Source: Deltaproteobacteria bacterium (lineage in GTDB: Bacteria > Desulfobacterota > Binatia > Binatales > Binataceae). Taken from it: a stretch of DNA of 64,000 bases. The stretch covers positions 33,095-97,094 of the forward strand of contig JAJYYI010000017.1 in NCBI GenBank assembly GCA_021801125.1. Direction: 5' to 3'. The position numbers and the translations under genes were made by a program. This document shows, in pieces, positions 1 through 9,328 of the stretch (position 1 is the first letter of the stretch; every line of letters begins with the position of its first letter). The notes under the pieces were generated by a model. That model was not told where the DNA came from and searched no databases. It saw only the letters and a program-made list of their open reading frames with translations.

Positions 1-249
1 CCCCAAACGAAGCATCAGGAAGACCGGCGCCGCGACGTAACCGAGGTAGTCGACTACGTTGTCCAGCAGGACACCGTCAAAATAGGCCAATCGTCGATCG
101 ACGCTCAGCGCGCGAGCGGCAAAACCGTCGGTCGAGTCGATCACGGTGGCCAGCGTGAGAGTCATAAACGCCGCACGCGCCCGATAATCAGCGGCGAATA
201 GCAGAGCGGCAAGCCCTAACACGGCGCCGAGAGCAGTGTAGAGATGCAC
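1..249 (-). CDS. CDP-alcohol phosphatidyltransferase family protein; 3' end (C-terminus) lies beyond the window edge. Probable GTG start near 249.
   Basis: Hand translation of the minus strand gives a TM helix (LYTALGAVLGLAALLFAA) followed by DGFAARALSVDRRLAYFDGVLLDNVVD, which fits the D-G-x2-A-R...G-x3-D-x3-D signature of CDP-OH phosphotransferases. The reading frame is open to position 1. It is missing from the ORF track because it has no stop inside the window. Confidence 0.55.
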   Translation of the reverse strand, partial: MHLYTALGAVLGLAALLFAADYRARAAFMTLTLATVIDSTDGFAARALSVDRRLAYFDGVLLDNVVDYLGYVAAPVFLMLRLG

Positions 250-332
250 GCCCCAGCTCGCTAGGCTGCTCCAGTCAATCGGGCCTTGCCGCCGGCAGCT
301 TTTCGCCGGCGCCGCCCCTTGACCTTCGCCGC

Positions 333-866
333 TTAACACCGGCCGCGAACGGAGCGGAAATATTCCTCCAGAGTTGAGACGAAAGGCCCGCAGTTGCGCC
401 GATCTTTCACGAATTTCGTTGCCTCCTCCAGCGAAAGCTTTTGGTGCCAATGGAGGAACGCGATCGCCACCGTCGGAGCGCGGTTGACGCCTGCGTTGCA
501 GTGGAGGTAAATGCGCTCCTTGGCCGCAGCGAGATCGGCTAGAACTTCCAGCGCCTCGCCCAGATGCAACACCACGTCGTCGCTGCTGCCATCGGCGATG
601 GGGGTGCGTACGAACCGGATGCCGTGTTCGCTGTATCCGTGTTGCAGGTCAACTATAGAGAGCCCGTTGACGACAAGGTCCCGGTCGTCTTGCAGGCTGT
701 GCACCGCGCTCACGCGCAACGCCTCTTTGAGCCAGCTGATATCACCTACCTGCGGATATTCGCCGATCAAAAGCTCCGGCAAAAGTTCGGTTACTGAAGG
801 ACGCCTGTCGCCGCGCACGAAACGGGGTTCCGAGTCAGGCCTAAGAGTCCACAAATTTTGCGTCAT
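333..866 (-). CDS. Dual-specificity / protein-tyrosine phosphatase (CX5R P-loop)
   Basis: HCNAGVNRAPT matches the HC(X)5R catalytic loop of DSP/PTP-fold phosphatases. It lies immediately upstream of, and co-directional with, the CDP-alcohol phosphatidyltransferase. Confidence 0.7.
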   Translation of the reverse strand: MTQNLWTLRPDSEPRFVRGDRRPSVTELLPELLIGEYPQVGDISWLKEALRVSAVHSLQDDRDLVVNGLSIVDLQHGYSEHGIRFVRTPIADGSSDDVVLHLGEALEVLADLAAAKERIYLHCNAGVNRAPTVAIAFLHWHQKLSLEEATKFVKDRRNCGPFVSTLEEYFRSVRGRC

Positions 867-1173
867 GAGCGTCTCCGCTCGCGCTCCTTGAAACTAAGCT
901 CGCGGCCAAGCACTTAGGTAAATACCGTCCCGCACGACGCGCAGATCCCGCGAGCAAAGCGCCCGAGGCGCCGCTCCGCCTAACAAGAGTACCAGTTTTG
1001 CCCGCAGCCGGCATCAAACCCACGCCACCCGGCTGAACAGCCGCGCCCACGGCCTCTTTCTGATCCCGTGCGCCCGAACCCGTCTTCTCTGAGCGAGAGT
1101 CAACTTCCGCTTCTCCCCGCGAAGGGCGTAATCCTTATTTCCCCAGGCGAAGGTCGACGCGTGACGAGTGATG

Positions 1174-4100
1174 CTACGACGAATCGCGCGCCGCGGCCGA
1201 CGCAGCCGGTTTCGTAGGCGCGTCATTGACGGATTCAGAATCGATTCCATCCGCGTTCGAGGCCACGGGTTCAGCGTCGGGCGCGGTGTGATTCGTCCCA
1301 CTCGATTCAATCCCGTCGCCATTGCCGGCCGCCACCACGGCTTCGACCCTGCTCGACGCGCGGAAGACGGCACGCGGCGCCGAAGAGCGCTGCGCCAGCC
1401 CCACAACTGCCTGACGCATCACCTCGGCCGCCTTGCGATAAACGCCGTACGACTCGCCATCGCTTGCCGCGCGAACGAGCGCCTCGTTGGTTATAACCGG
1501 ACCGATTCGCAATTCCACTGGGTAACGACGGGGTAGCAACTGCCCCTTGCCAAGAGCGTGATAAGTGCCCTGCACATATATCGGCAGCACATCACACCCG
1601 CTGCGCAGCGCAAGATATCCGGCTCCGCTCTTGAACTCCTGAATCGCGCCGTGCGGCGTGCGCGTACCCTCAGGAAACATCAGGACGCTCGCCCCACGAG
1701 CCAGCTTCTCCAGCGCCGCGTTCAGCGAATCGAGCTGCGCTCCCTCGCGGTCAAACGGAATGAGGGGACTGAAGTTAGCGGCGAGGAACCGTCGCGCGGA
1801 GCTGTTGAAAAAGTAATCCTTCGCCGCGAGCACTACCAGTTGCTCGCCAAGCTTGCCCAACGCGGAGCGAACCAAAACAAAGTCCAGATGGCTTGCGTGA
1901 TTCGCGATCACCAGCACGTTGCGGTTCGCGGGAATATTGCCCCGCCCCAGAACCCGCGGCTTAAGCCATCGGTCGACCGTGCTCTCAATCGCGCCTGCCA
2001 GGATGCTCTGCCCGACGCGGCGCAAGGCTTGCGGCAGGGCCGGCGTGTAGGGCTCGGCGAACGCGGCGTAAGAGGGAAGGCGCGGCCGGCTTGAGTCGCG
2101 AGCGATCAGCCCTTGAAGGTCGCCCGCCGTGCTGATCGCCGTCAGTTGATCCGCGGTTGGAGCCCATCCGCTATGCTGCGCGATTATCTCGGCCAACTCG
2201 GCGAGCGCTAGCGAATCAAGTCCGAGGTCCTCGAACAGACGCGAACCGCTGGAGATCTCGCGCGCGCCTCCGGCAACTTGCTCCAACGCCTCCGCCAGCC
2301 AGCTCGCCAGGTCGGACGTTCCGCCGGCCTCTGCGCCGGCGCTTTTTGCCACCATCGCGCGCAATGTCGAGGCCACTTCAGCGCGTTTAACTTTCCGTGT
2401 CCGTGTGCGCGGAAGCTCACCGCCCGTGAAGCGCAGAATATGCACCTGCTTGTACGGCGGCAGCGCGCGATTTACTTGGTCGAAATGCGCGCGAATCTTT
2501 TCTTCGACGGCGCGCTGGCTCTCGCCATGGGCGTAGGCCGGGACCACCAGCGCTGCGGCCTGCTCGCCCGAACCGACCTTGAGCGCCACGATCGCAAGCT
2601 CCTTGATCTGTGGCAAGCGTCCGTAGAACTCCTCGAGTTCGTCGATGTAGATATTGTTGCCGCCCGCGTCAACGATCACGTCCTTGCTGCGCCCGACGAT
2701 GTACAGCCGCCCGCCGTCGTCGAACCGCCCGAGGTCTCCCGTGTGCAGCCAACCATCCTTGAGCGCCTGCTCGGTGGCGCTTTCGTTGCGGAAGTAGCCT
2801 TTCATCACGTTGCCGCCGCGGACCAGGATCTCTCCGGTCTCCCCGCCTTCGACCGCCTCGAGCTTGACCTCCAGGCCCGACAGCGGTTTCCCGACCGAGC
2901 CCAGCCGCAAATCCTCGTCCGGACGGGCCACGCTCACCACGGGCGCCGCTTCCGTCAACCCGTAGCCTTCGAGCAGTCTGAGGCCAATGTCGTTGAAGAA
3001 CTCGGCGGTCTCGCCCGGCAGCGCAGCACCGCCGCTTACCGCCAGACGCAGGCGCCCGCCGAGGGCCTCGTGCAGCGGGCGAAAGATGAGATTTCCCAGA
3101 TCGAGCCTCAGGTCCCGCTCCAGCGAGTGATTGAGCGTCCGCAGGCGCTCAAACGCCCCCTTGAACACCGTCCCGCGCCGCTCAATCTGCTCGAGGATTC
3201 GGCGGTGGATGGCCTGCCATATCGCGGGCACGCCTATCAGGGCCGTCGGCTTGACATCCGCCAGCGTTCGGCCGAGCGTTGCGGCACTCACGTTGCGCGG
3301 GTACACGATGTGCGCGCCGCTGGCCAGCGGCAGCAACATGCCGCACGTGAATTCGAAACAATGATGCAGCGGCAGCAGGGAGAGCACCGTGTCGGTCGGA
3401 TCGAGTTCGAAGATTCGCGAGAGCATCAGCACTTCGGCCGTAAAGTTGCCGTGCGTGAGCATCGCGCCTTTGGCCGAGCCGGTGGTGCCCGAAGTGAACA
3501 CCACCGAAGCGAGCGTGTCCTTGCTCCATTCGACCTTCGCCGGCGTTTTGCCGTGCAAGACAAACGGCCGGCGCAAATCCTCGAACGCCATCTCAACCAG
3601 CGCCGTGCCGCACGCCTCAGCCATCGGGCCCAACCGCTGCCGAAAACTGGCTGAACACAGCGCGGCTGTCGGCGAGGCGACGCGGCAGATAGCGCGCAAC
3701 TCGTCCGTCGAAAGCATGGGGTCCAGCGGCACCGCCACCGCTCCCGCACCGATCACCGCGAAGAAGCCCAACACCCAATCAGGAGAGTTCTCTCCCGCCA
3801 GTAATACCCGATCGCCTGTTTGAACGCCGCGGCTGGAAAGCATCAAGCTCGCGCGGCGCGCCGCGTCTCGCAGCTCCCGGTAGCTGAGCGTCGAGTGATG
3901 GCCTGAAGAATGACGCCAGCTTAGCGCCGGCTTCGCGCCGTGGCGCTCGGCGCTTTCATCCAACAGGTCGATGAGATGCCTGAACCTGAGCGGCTTCGCC
4001 CGCACGCGCCCTCGCGTGTGCAAATCCAAGCGCGGAAAAATGTGGCGGCGCAACCCTGGGATGTGGATGTTAACCCAGTAGTCGTGCCAATCCATCTTGT

Positions 4101-5622
4101 CAGGATCGAAGCGATGGACCTCGGCGTCAGCCGGACTTAACCGCTTATATAAAGCGCGAATGTTGCGGCTGTGGAAAATATAGGAGAAGTCCTGGATGTA
4201 CGGGCGATAAATATCAATGAGCGACTGCCCCAGACGAATGCGATCACTGGTTTGCGCCGCCCATCGCTCCAAGCGCCTTACCGCCGGCGCATCGCGCCCC
4301 ATCAGCAGCTGTCCCGCGCGGGCGGTCTGCGCCAACGCCCTGGGCAGCCCCCAGATCGCCGCCTCGTAGGTTTTATGGGAAACGGCGATGGGCTCCAGGT
4401 GCTGTGTGAGCAACTTTCCGGCGGTCTCACCATGCTCGCGCTGATGGCGCCGGTTGGCCACGGCGGTAAGCTCGATCAAGCGCTCCATGCGGAACGGGTT
4501 GGAGTCCGAAGAGCCGAGCTGGTAAATCGGTTCGTGACGACCCAGCAGCAGCGCAGCCAGAACGGGAAACATGGCGTGCGCCACGAGGTCCACCGGAATG
4601 ACGTCCAATATCAGCTCGCGGCGCGCGGGATAAAAGCGGTATCCCTCGCCCGACAGGTAGGTGAGCGGCGCGCTGGTGTTGACCCCTTGGTTCCATCCAG
4701 GGAAGGGATCTCTTATCGCGCTCTCGATTACCGCCGGGCGCACCACCGTCACTTTGAGCGTGTCGCGCGCGGCCAATACCAACTGCTCGCCCAAACTCTT
4801 GCTGTAGCTGTACGTATTGGGCCATCCCCAGTAAAGCGCGCGGCTGCGCCCTTCGCGCTTGAGTTCCTCCTCGAGCTGTTGCTTGGGCAACAGTTCTGCG
4901 CCGTCGCGCGCTTCGTCAAGGGCGGCGCCGTTTTCATCCTCGGGTTCCCTTGCGGCGCTCGACTCGATGCGCGATATCACCGCCTGGGCTTCGCGAATTT
5001 CGCGCTTCAGGCTGAAACGGCGCGCGCCCGGCTGCGGGCACCAATCCACCGGGATGTCGTCCTCATGCCGGTGGCCGTCGGCCGCGCCGGCAACGTAACA
5101 GGTCGAAATATGGAGCATCGGCGCACGTATTTTGCGGCAAAAGTCGAGCACATTGCCCGCCCCCAGCGTGTTAATCGCCAACGCCTTGTTAAGCGGCGCG
5201 TCGAAGTTCACCAATCCCGCGCAGTTAACGACCGCGTCTATCTGACCGCGCGTGAAGCGCGTCTGAGAATCAGTGACAAGGCCAGGCTCCGTGATGTCGC
5301 CGCATACGACGGTCAGCTTCTCCCGTACCCACCGGTCGAACGAGTCTCCCATCTGCTCGCGCAACGGGGCAAACGCGGGCGAGGCGAGCACCTCGCGCTC
5401 CAGCCGCTTGGGCCCCGAGCGCTGATCGCCGCGAACCAGCAGATAGACCTGTTCGACCTCGGGATGCTCGCGAAGAAGCAGATATAGAAAGACCTTACCG
5501 AGAAAGCCGGTAGCCCCGGTAAGCATGATGCGCCGTCCGCGGAAGATCTTTTCCAGCGGTGGAAGGCGGTCTCGTTGAGTTTTTCGTTGACCGACGCGCA
5601 ACAAATTATTGGACATCCGCAA
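1174..5622 (-). CDS. Multidomain lipid-biosynthesis enzyme resembling ElbD. Domains: N-terminal NAD(P)-binding fatty-acyl reductase (approx nt 5535-4065), acyl-AMP/CoA ligase (approx nt 3960-2385), phosphopantetheine carrier (approx nt 2325-2115), C-terminal PlsC-type acyltransferase (approx nt 2025-1425).
   Basis: TGATGFLGK Rossmann motif with the male-sterility/NAD_binding_4 region. AMP-binding core (FTSGTTGSAKGAMLTHGN ... GYGLTE ... HTGDLG). PP-binding LGLDSLALAEL (DSL serine). AGPAT motifs NHASHLD and FPEGTR. The frame is a continuous 1482-aa ORF. Confidence 0.85.
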   Translation of the reverse strand: MRMSNNLLRVGQRKTQRDRLPPLEKIFRGRRIMLTGATGFLGKVFLYLLLREHPEVEQVYLLVRGDQRSGPKRLEREVLASPAFAPLREQMGDSFDRWVREKLTVVCGDITEPGLVTDSQTRFTRGQIDAVVNCAGLVNFDAPLNKALAINTLGAGNVLDFCRKIRAPMLHISTCYVAGAADGHRHEDDIPVDWCPQPGARRFSLKREIREAQAVISRIESSAAREPEDENGAALDEARDGAELLPKQQLEEELKREGRSRALYWGWPNTYSYSKSLGEQLVLAARDTLKVTVVRPAVIESAIRDPFPGWNQGVNTSAPLTYLSGEGYRFYPARRELILDVIPVDLVAHAMFPVLAALLLGRHEPIYQLGSSDSNPFRMERLIELTAVANRRHQREHGETAGKLLTQHLEPIAVSHKTYEAAIWGLPRALAQTARAGQLLMGRDAPAVRRLERWAAQTSDRIRLGQSLIDIYRPYIQDFSYIFHSRNIRALYKRLSPADAEVHRFDPDKMDWHDYWVNIHIPGLRRHIFPRLDLHTRGRVRAKPLRFRHLIDLLDESAERHGAKPALSWRHSSGHHSTLSYRELRDAARRASLMLSSRGVQTGDRVLLAGENSPDWVLGFFAVIGAGAVAVPLDPMLSTDELRAICRVASPTAALCSASFRQRLGPMAEACGTALVEMAFEDLRRPFVLHGKTPAKVEWSKDTLASVVFTSGTTGSAKGAMLTHGNFTAEVLMLSRIFELDPTDTVLSLLPLHHCFEFTCGMLLPLASGAHIVYPRNVSAATLGRTLADVKPTALIGVPAIWQAIHRRILEQIERRGTVFKGAFERLRTLNHSLERDLRLDLGNLIFRPLHEALGGRLRLAVSGGAALPGETAEFFNDIGLRLLEGYGLTEAAPVVSVARPDEDLRLGSVGKPLSGLEVKLEAVEGGETGEILVRGGNVMKGYFRNESATEQALKDGWLHTGDLGRFDDGGRLYIVGRSKDVIVDAGGNNIYIDELEEFYGRLPQIKELAIVALKVGSGEQAAALVVPAYAHGESQRAVEEKIRAHFDQVNRALPPYKQVHILRFTGGELPRTRTRKVKRAEVASTLRAMVAKSAGAEAGGTSDLASWLAEALEQVAGGAREISSGSRLFEDLGLDSLALAELAEIIAQHSGWAPTADQLTAISTAGDLQGLIARDSSRPRLPSYAAFAEPYTPALPQALRRVGQSILAGAIESTVDRWLKPRVLGRGNIPANRNVLVIANHASHLDFVLVRSALGKLGEQLVVLAAKDYFFNSSARRFLAANFSPLIPFDREGAQLDSLNAALEKLARGASVLMFPEGTRTPHGAIQEFKSGAGYLALRSGCDVLPIYVQGTYHALGKGQLLPRRYPVELRIGPVITNEALVRAASDGESYGVYRKAAEVMRQAVVGLAQRSSAPRAVFRASSRVEAVVAAGNGDGIESSGTNHTAPDAEPVASNADGIDSESVNDAPTKPAASAAARDSS

Positions 5623-7267
5623 CCACCAGCGGTGGCAGGTGCAGGTAGGTGATGGTCGCCGAGCGTCCGATGTCGCCGGTGGCCATCGCGATAGCCTCTT
5701 CGACCGTGTCCGCCGCTTCCCAGCCTAGCCTCGCGGCGACCTGAGGATCTTCGCAACCAGCCGCGATCACGCGCCCCAGATGCTTGCGGCCGGGCTCGCC
5801 CCAGTACCACATGTAAAACGGATGCACGCCGTGGTACGCGTGACCGTACCGATACATATGAATGTACGTAGGATTGGCCGCAAACTCAGCTTCAAAGCGC
5901 TTGGACAGCTCCTCGGAGTCCGTGGTCTCTGCCAGGCATCGATGAAAGAACTCGATGTAGCTCGGATGATGCTCCGGGTGAAATTCGTTGCGCAGCGGGT
6001 GACATATGATCATCGTTCCGCCCGGGCGGACCAGAGGTTTGTACCGGTACATGTTGAACAGGTAGCCAAGCCCGGTACACTGCACCAGCACCGGATTCAT
6101 TACCGAATTGACGTTGTAAGGACAGACATACGGGACGCCGACGAGCAGAACGTCGGACTGTCCGCTGACCGGCACTGCGTATTGCTGGAACACGCGGTCT
6201 AGAGTTTTGCGATGCACGGCCTCGGTTTCTCCGGCCCATACGCCGGTCAACTCGTACGGCGCGGAGTAATGGTGCAACAGTTCGCGGCGCGTCCGATTAG
6301 ACATGTTCGCCAGCGTCCAGTTGAAGGCGCGAAGCCGCATGCGGTCCCATTCGTTGAACTCGTCTTCGTTCTTCTGCAGGAAGTCGAAGAAGCCCGAGTA
6401 CATGCGATTGTTGATCGACGTCTCAACCGTGAAGATGTTGAGCTCGCGACTGACGACCTTTCCAAGCCTGTCGACCGTGCTGTGAAGCGCCGAGCGATTC
6501 GGATCCATGTAAGAATGACATCCGCGCAGCGTGGCCGGATTATGGTGGTAACGCAAACTCTGATACGGCGCGAGGCCTACCGCCACCGACTTGTGCCCGC
6601 CATCCATCGGCACCAATGTCAAATTGACGTAGATCACCAGGTCGGAGTCGGCGGCGCGCTTTGAGAGCCACACTTCCTCGCCGTGCTCGGTCTTGCCGAG
6701 CATCGCGAGGTCGCCCGGGTTCTCGCCGTCGAAATTGTATAAGCGGTCGGGCCAGAACTGGGCAAAGGCGCGCTCGCCCACGGCGCGGCGAATCTCCGCG
6801 GCGGTCATGCGGCGATGCAGCGAGGTCGCTATGATGATGTGCACGTCGTCGACGCCGTAGTCCGCCAGCGTCTGCAGCACGATGTTGAGCACGCGCTCAC
6901 GCGCGTCGGGCCGCTGCATCGGCGGCAGCGGCAAGCTGATATCGTCGACGGCGATCGTCACCCGCATGTTCGGGTTAAGCTGCGCGAACAGCGGGTCGGC
7001 GTTCTCGGGGTGAAGCAGCGCGTAACGGATCGCGACCTCGGGATCGGGCAGCCCGTCCATCGGCGGCGGCGGATAAACGACGCGCGTGCCAGGCGGCAGC
7101 TTTTCTTCGAGGAATTCGTCGCCGTAAGCGATCAGGCGAGGCTTGGAGCGGCGCGTAAGAGTCACCACGAGATCACTGCGCGCGCCGATCTCATGAAGTA
7201 GTTCGGCCCGTTTGAGTTCCCTGAGTTTCGCTTCCGGAGCTGCCATTCGTCTGGCCACCGCGTACAC
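5606..7267 (-). CDS. LarA-family protein (lactate-racemase-like, putative nickel-pincer-nucleotide-dependent 2-hydroxyacid racemase/epimerase homologue), 553 aa
   Basis: An ATSLHRR motif (AT[GS]xHR) is followed 75 residues later by GGHKS. A His-His pair sits 15-16 residues after that Lys (KSVAVGLAPYQSLRYHH). This matches the His108/Lys184/His200 spacing of L. plantarum LarA as I recall it. The gene overlaps the ElbD-like gene start by 17 nt, which suggests translational coupling. Confidence 0.6.
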   Translation of the reverse strand: MYAVARRMAAPEAKLRELKRAELLHEIGARSDLVVTLTRRSKPRLIAYGDEFLEEKLPPGTRVVYPPPPMDGLPDPEVAIRYALLHPENADPLFAQLNPNMRVTIAVDDISLPLPPMQRPDARERVLNIVLQTLADYGVDDVHIIIATSLHRRMTAAEIRRAVGERAFAQFWPDRLYNFDGENPGDLAMLGKTEHGEEVWLSKRAADSDLVIYVNLTLVPMDGGHKSVAVGLAPYQSLRYHHNPATLRGCHSYMDPNRSALHSTVDRLGKVVSRELNIFTVETSINNRMYSGFFDFLQKNEDEFNEWDRMRLRAFNWTLANMSNRTRRELLHHYSAPYELTGVWAGETEAVHRKTLDRVFQQYAVPVSGQSDVLLVGVPYVCPYNVNSVMNPVLVQCTGLGYLFNMYRYKPLVRPGGTMIICHPLRNEFHPEHHPSYIEFFHRCLAETTDSEELSKRFEAEFAANPTYIHMYRYGHAYHGVHPFYMWYWGEPGRKHLGRVIAAGCEDPQVAARLGWEAADTVEEAIAMATGDIGRSATITYLHLPPLVVADVQ

Positions 7268-7584
7268 CCGTCAACTTCGCGCATGCGCCGCGCGCGCATC
7301 CGCAACCTTGGCCCAACGACCTATTAGCGAAGGTAGACCGCGCTCGCCGCCAGGCGCCTTGAGGCGTTCCCGCCGCTGTCCCAATAGTGCGCCACTCGCC
7401 TGACGCACTCGCCGCGCCTGAACCGAGCGAGAACGCGCGCTACCGAGCCCGCAATGCGGGGCTCGACGTTATTAGCTTCCCGCGGCCAAAAGTCCATATT
7501 CAGGTTCGCTCGCTCCCCGCACCGCCTCAGGCAAAGCCGGTGGTCAGAACAAGCGGAGCAAACCGACGCGAACGGCCTTGCGCT

Positions 7585-8349
7585 TCATACTCCGACCAAG
7601 TGGCGCGCGAACGACGTCGCCCCGCGCAACCGGCCGTCGCCCGCAAACCGTATCACGGGCCAATGCCGGGAGTGGGCGAAAGCTTCAAGCGCGTCGTCCG
7701 GATTGACCGCGACCGGATGGCCAACCGCGCACAGAAACGGAACATCGTAATACGAGTCGGCGTAACCCCAACAAGCGCTCAGGTCCAACCCGCGGCGAGC
7801 CGCATAGTCAGCGCACCACGCCGCCTTCTCGCTTCCCGCCATCACGGGCTCTTGCAACGCCCCGGTGGCCACGCCTTGGCGAAATACCAACCGGTTGGCG
7901 GCAAAGTCGGTCACGCCAAGCCGTCGCGCCAAAGGAGCAACCATAAAGTCCGGCGAACCGGTTACGAGCACTGGTTCGAGCCCAACCTCGCGGTTGCGTT
8001 CCAACAAATCAAGGGCTTGCGGGTAAAGCCGGCTCGTCATGACGTAGTCGCAATACTCCTCGCCGACTATCGCCAGGCGGTCGCGCGAAACACCCTTGAA
8101 AGTCTCGAAAATTGCCCGGTTCAGCAAGGCCCGATCGCTTCTCTCAGCCACGTACAAAACCGGCAAACGCCGGACCAAGCGCGCGAGATAGCTCACACGC
8201 CGGTTCCATTCACGCAACTTGCTGAAAACGAAAATCCCCGCGTCGACGAGATTTAGCTCCGCCAGCGTGCCGTCAAGATCGTAGAAAGCCACTCGTGGAC
8301 GAGCGGAATTTTTCGCAGGCCGACTCATCGCGTAGAATAGAACTGACAC
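7585..8349 (-). CDS. HAD-superfamily hydrolase, subfamily IB (phosphoserine-phosphatase-like). Alternative ATG start at 8328.
   Basis: FYDLDGTL motif I (DxDGT), a conserved downstream Lys, and an Asp motif (GDGxxD-like ... GYADSYYD) are present. It is the first gene of the apparent operon HAD / LarA-like / ElbD-like. Confidence 0.6.
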   Translation of the reverse strand: MSVLFYAMSRPAKNSARPRVAFYDLDGTLAELNLVDAGIFVFSKLREWNRRVSYLARLVRRLPVLYVAERSDRALLNRAIFETFKGVSRDRLAIVGEEYCDYVMTSRLYPQALDLLERNREVGLEPVLVTGSPDFMVAPLARRLGVTDFAANRLVFRQGVATGALQEPVMAGSEKAAWCADYAARRGLDLSACWGYADSYYDVPFLCAVGHPVAVNPDDALEAFAHSRHWPVIRFAGDGRLRGATSFARHLVGV

Positions 8350-8508
8350 GTCAGTCTAGTGAGCCGCTGGGCCGCGGTCAACGCCGAAACGGAGTGGTCA
8401 ACCGCGATGCGACGCGTGCCGCTTTCGCCTACGGTTGCGGCGTTTTCGGCGCTGGGCGATCGACGGCCGCAAATGCGTCCCACCAACGGCATTTCGCAAC
8501 AATTGTGA

Positions 8509-9135
8509 TCAGTGCGGCCGGTTATCGTGGTTGGTCTCGCCCGCGCGCAGCAACTCCGCAGTGGCGACGCCATTTAGTCCGAAGTTCAAGATTTCTTCGG
8601 CCAGATGGCTAATTTCGCGCTGCGGTTGCCGAAGGGTTTGCCCCGCCACCTCCTTGATGCCGCCGAGGATGCAGGCCGCAACCACTCGCGTGTCGCAGGA
8701 CCTAACCAATTTCATCTCCAACCCGAGATCGAGCGAGCGCTGGATCTGCTGGGTTATCTGACCGTAGAACTCGCGTATTCTTCCTTCGAACTCACGGTCG
8801 AGGTCGAGCGAATGGTTAAGCAGGATGTCGGTAAGCTCCCTCTCGGTGAGGACAAAGTCGAGTATTCGCAGGAGGTTGTTGCGCAGTTGCTCGGCAGCGG
8901 AAGGCTCGCCGGGGGCCATCCTGATGCGGTAGATGCGCTTCTCGATCTCCAACAACGCCTCGTTGAGCAGTTCCTCGAAAAGCTCTTTCTTGTTCTGGAA
9001 ATAAAGGTAAAACGTGCCGCGCGCGATCTTCGCTTGGGCCACTATGTCCGAGATGTTGGTGCGATGGTAACCCTTGCGCGCGAATAGTTTTTTGGCGTGG
9101 CGAAGAACTTGTGCGCGTCTGACCTGCCGTTCCAT
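8509..9135 (-). CDS. TetR/AcrR-family transcriptional regulator
   Basis: N-terminal HTH: AKKLFARKGYHRTNISDIVAQAKIARGTFYLYFQNKKELF is typical of TetR_N. Confidence 0.8.
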   Translation of the reverse strand: MERQVRRAQVLRHAKKLFARKGYHRTNISDIVAQAKIARGTFYLYFQNKKELFEELLNEALLEIEKRIYRIRMAPGEPSAAEQLRNNLLRILDFVLTERELTDILLNHSLDLDREFEGRIREFYGQITQQIQRSLDLGLEMKLVRSCDTRVVAACILGGIKEVAGQTLRQPQREISHLAEEILNFGLNGVATAELLRAGETNHDNRPH

Positions 9136-9328
9136 TGCTCAGGAGTATGCCGGTTCGAGTATAGCGCCTAAATACAAGCGTGTCATCGCAAGCGAGCGAA
9201 CCGACCGCCAGCGACATTTTGGCGGGTCAAGTTTCAGTGGGCAAGGGCATCGGCACCAAGCGGCTGATCAATCGAGCAGCGCGCGAGCAGAGCGCGCTGC
9301 CGAGCAGAACGCGCTGCCTCGACGAAGC

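Noticed and set aside
2278-5487. Long plus-strand ORFs (2278-3654, 458 aa; 4171-5487, 438 aa) antisense to the ElbD-like gene
   Set aside because: Their translations are Arg/Ala/His/Gln-rich low-complexity sequence with no motifs. Long antisense ORFs are expected in a ~65% GC gene with biased third positions. The minus-strand frame carries four clean catalytic domains.
7960-7990. tRNA-like GGTTCGAGCCC T-loop motif
   Set aside because: It lies inside the HAD-hydrolase coding frame. The flanks do not form T-, anticodon- or acceptor stems. No tRNA genes were recognised anywhere in the window.
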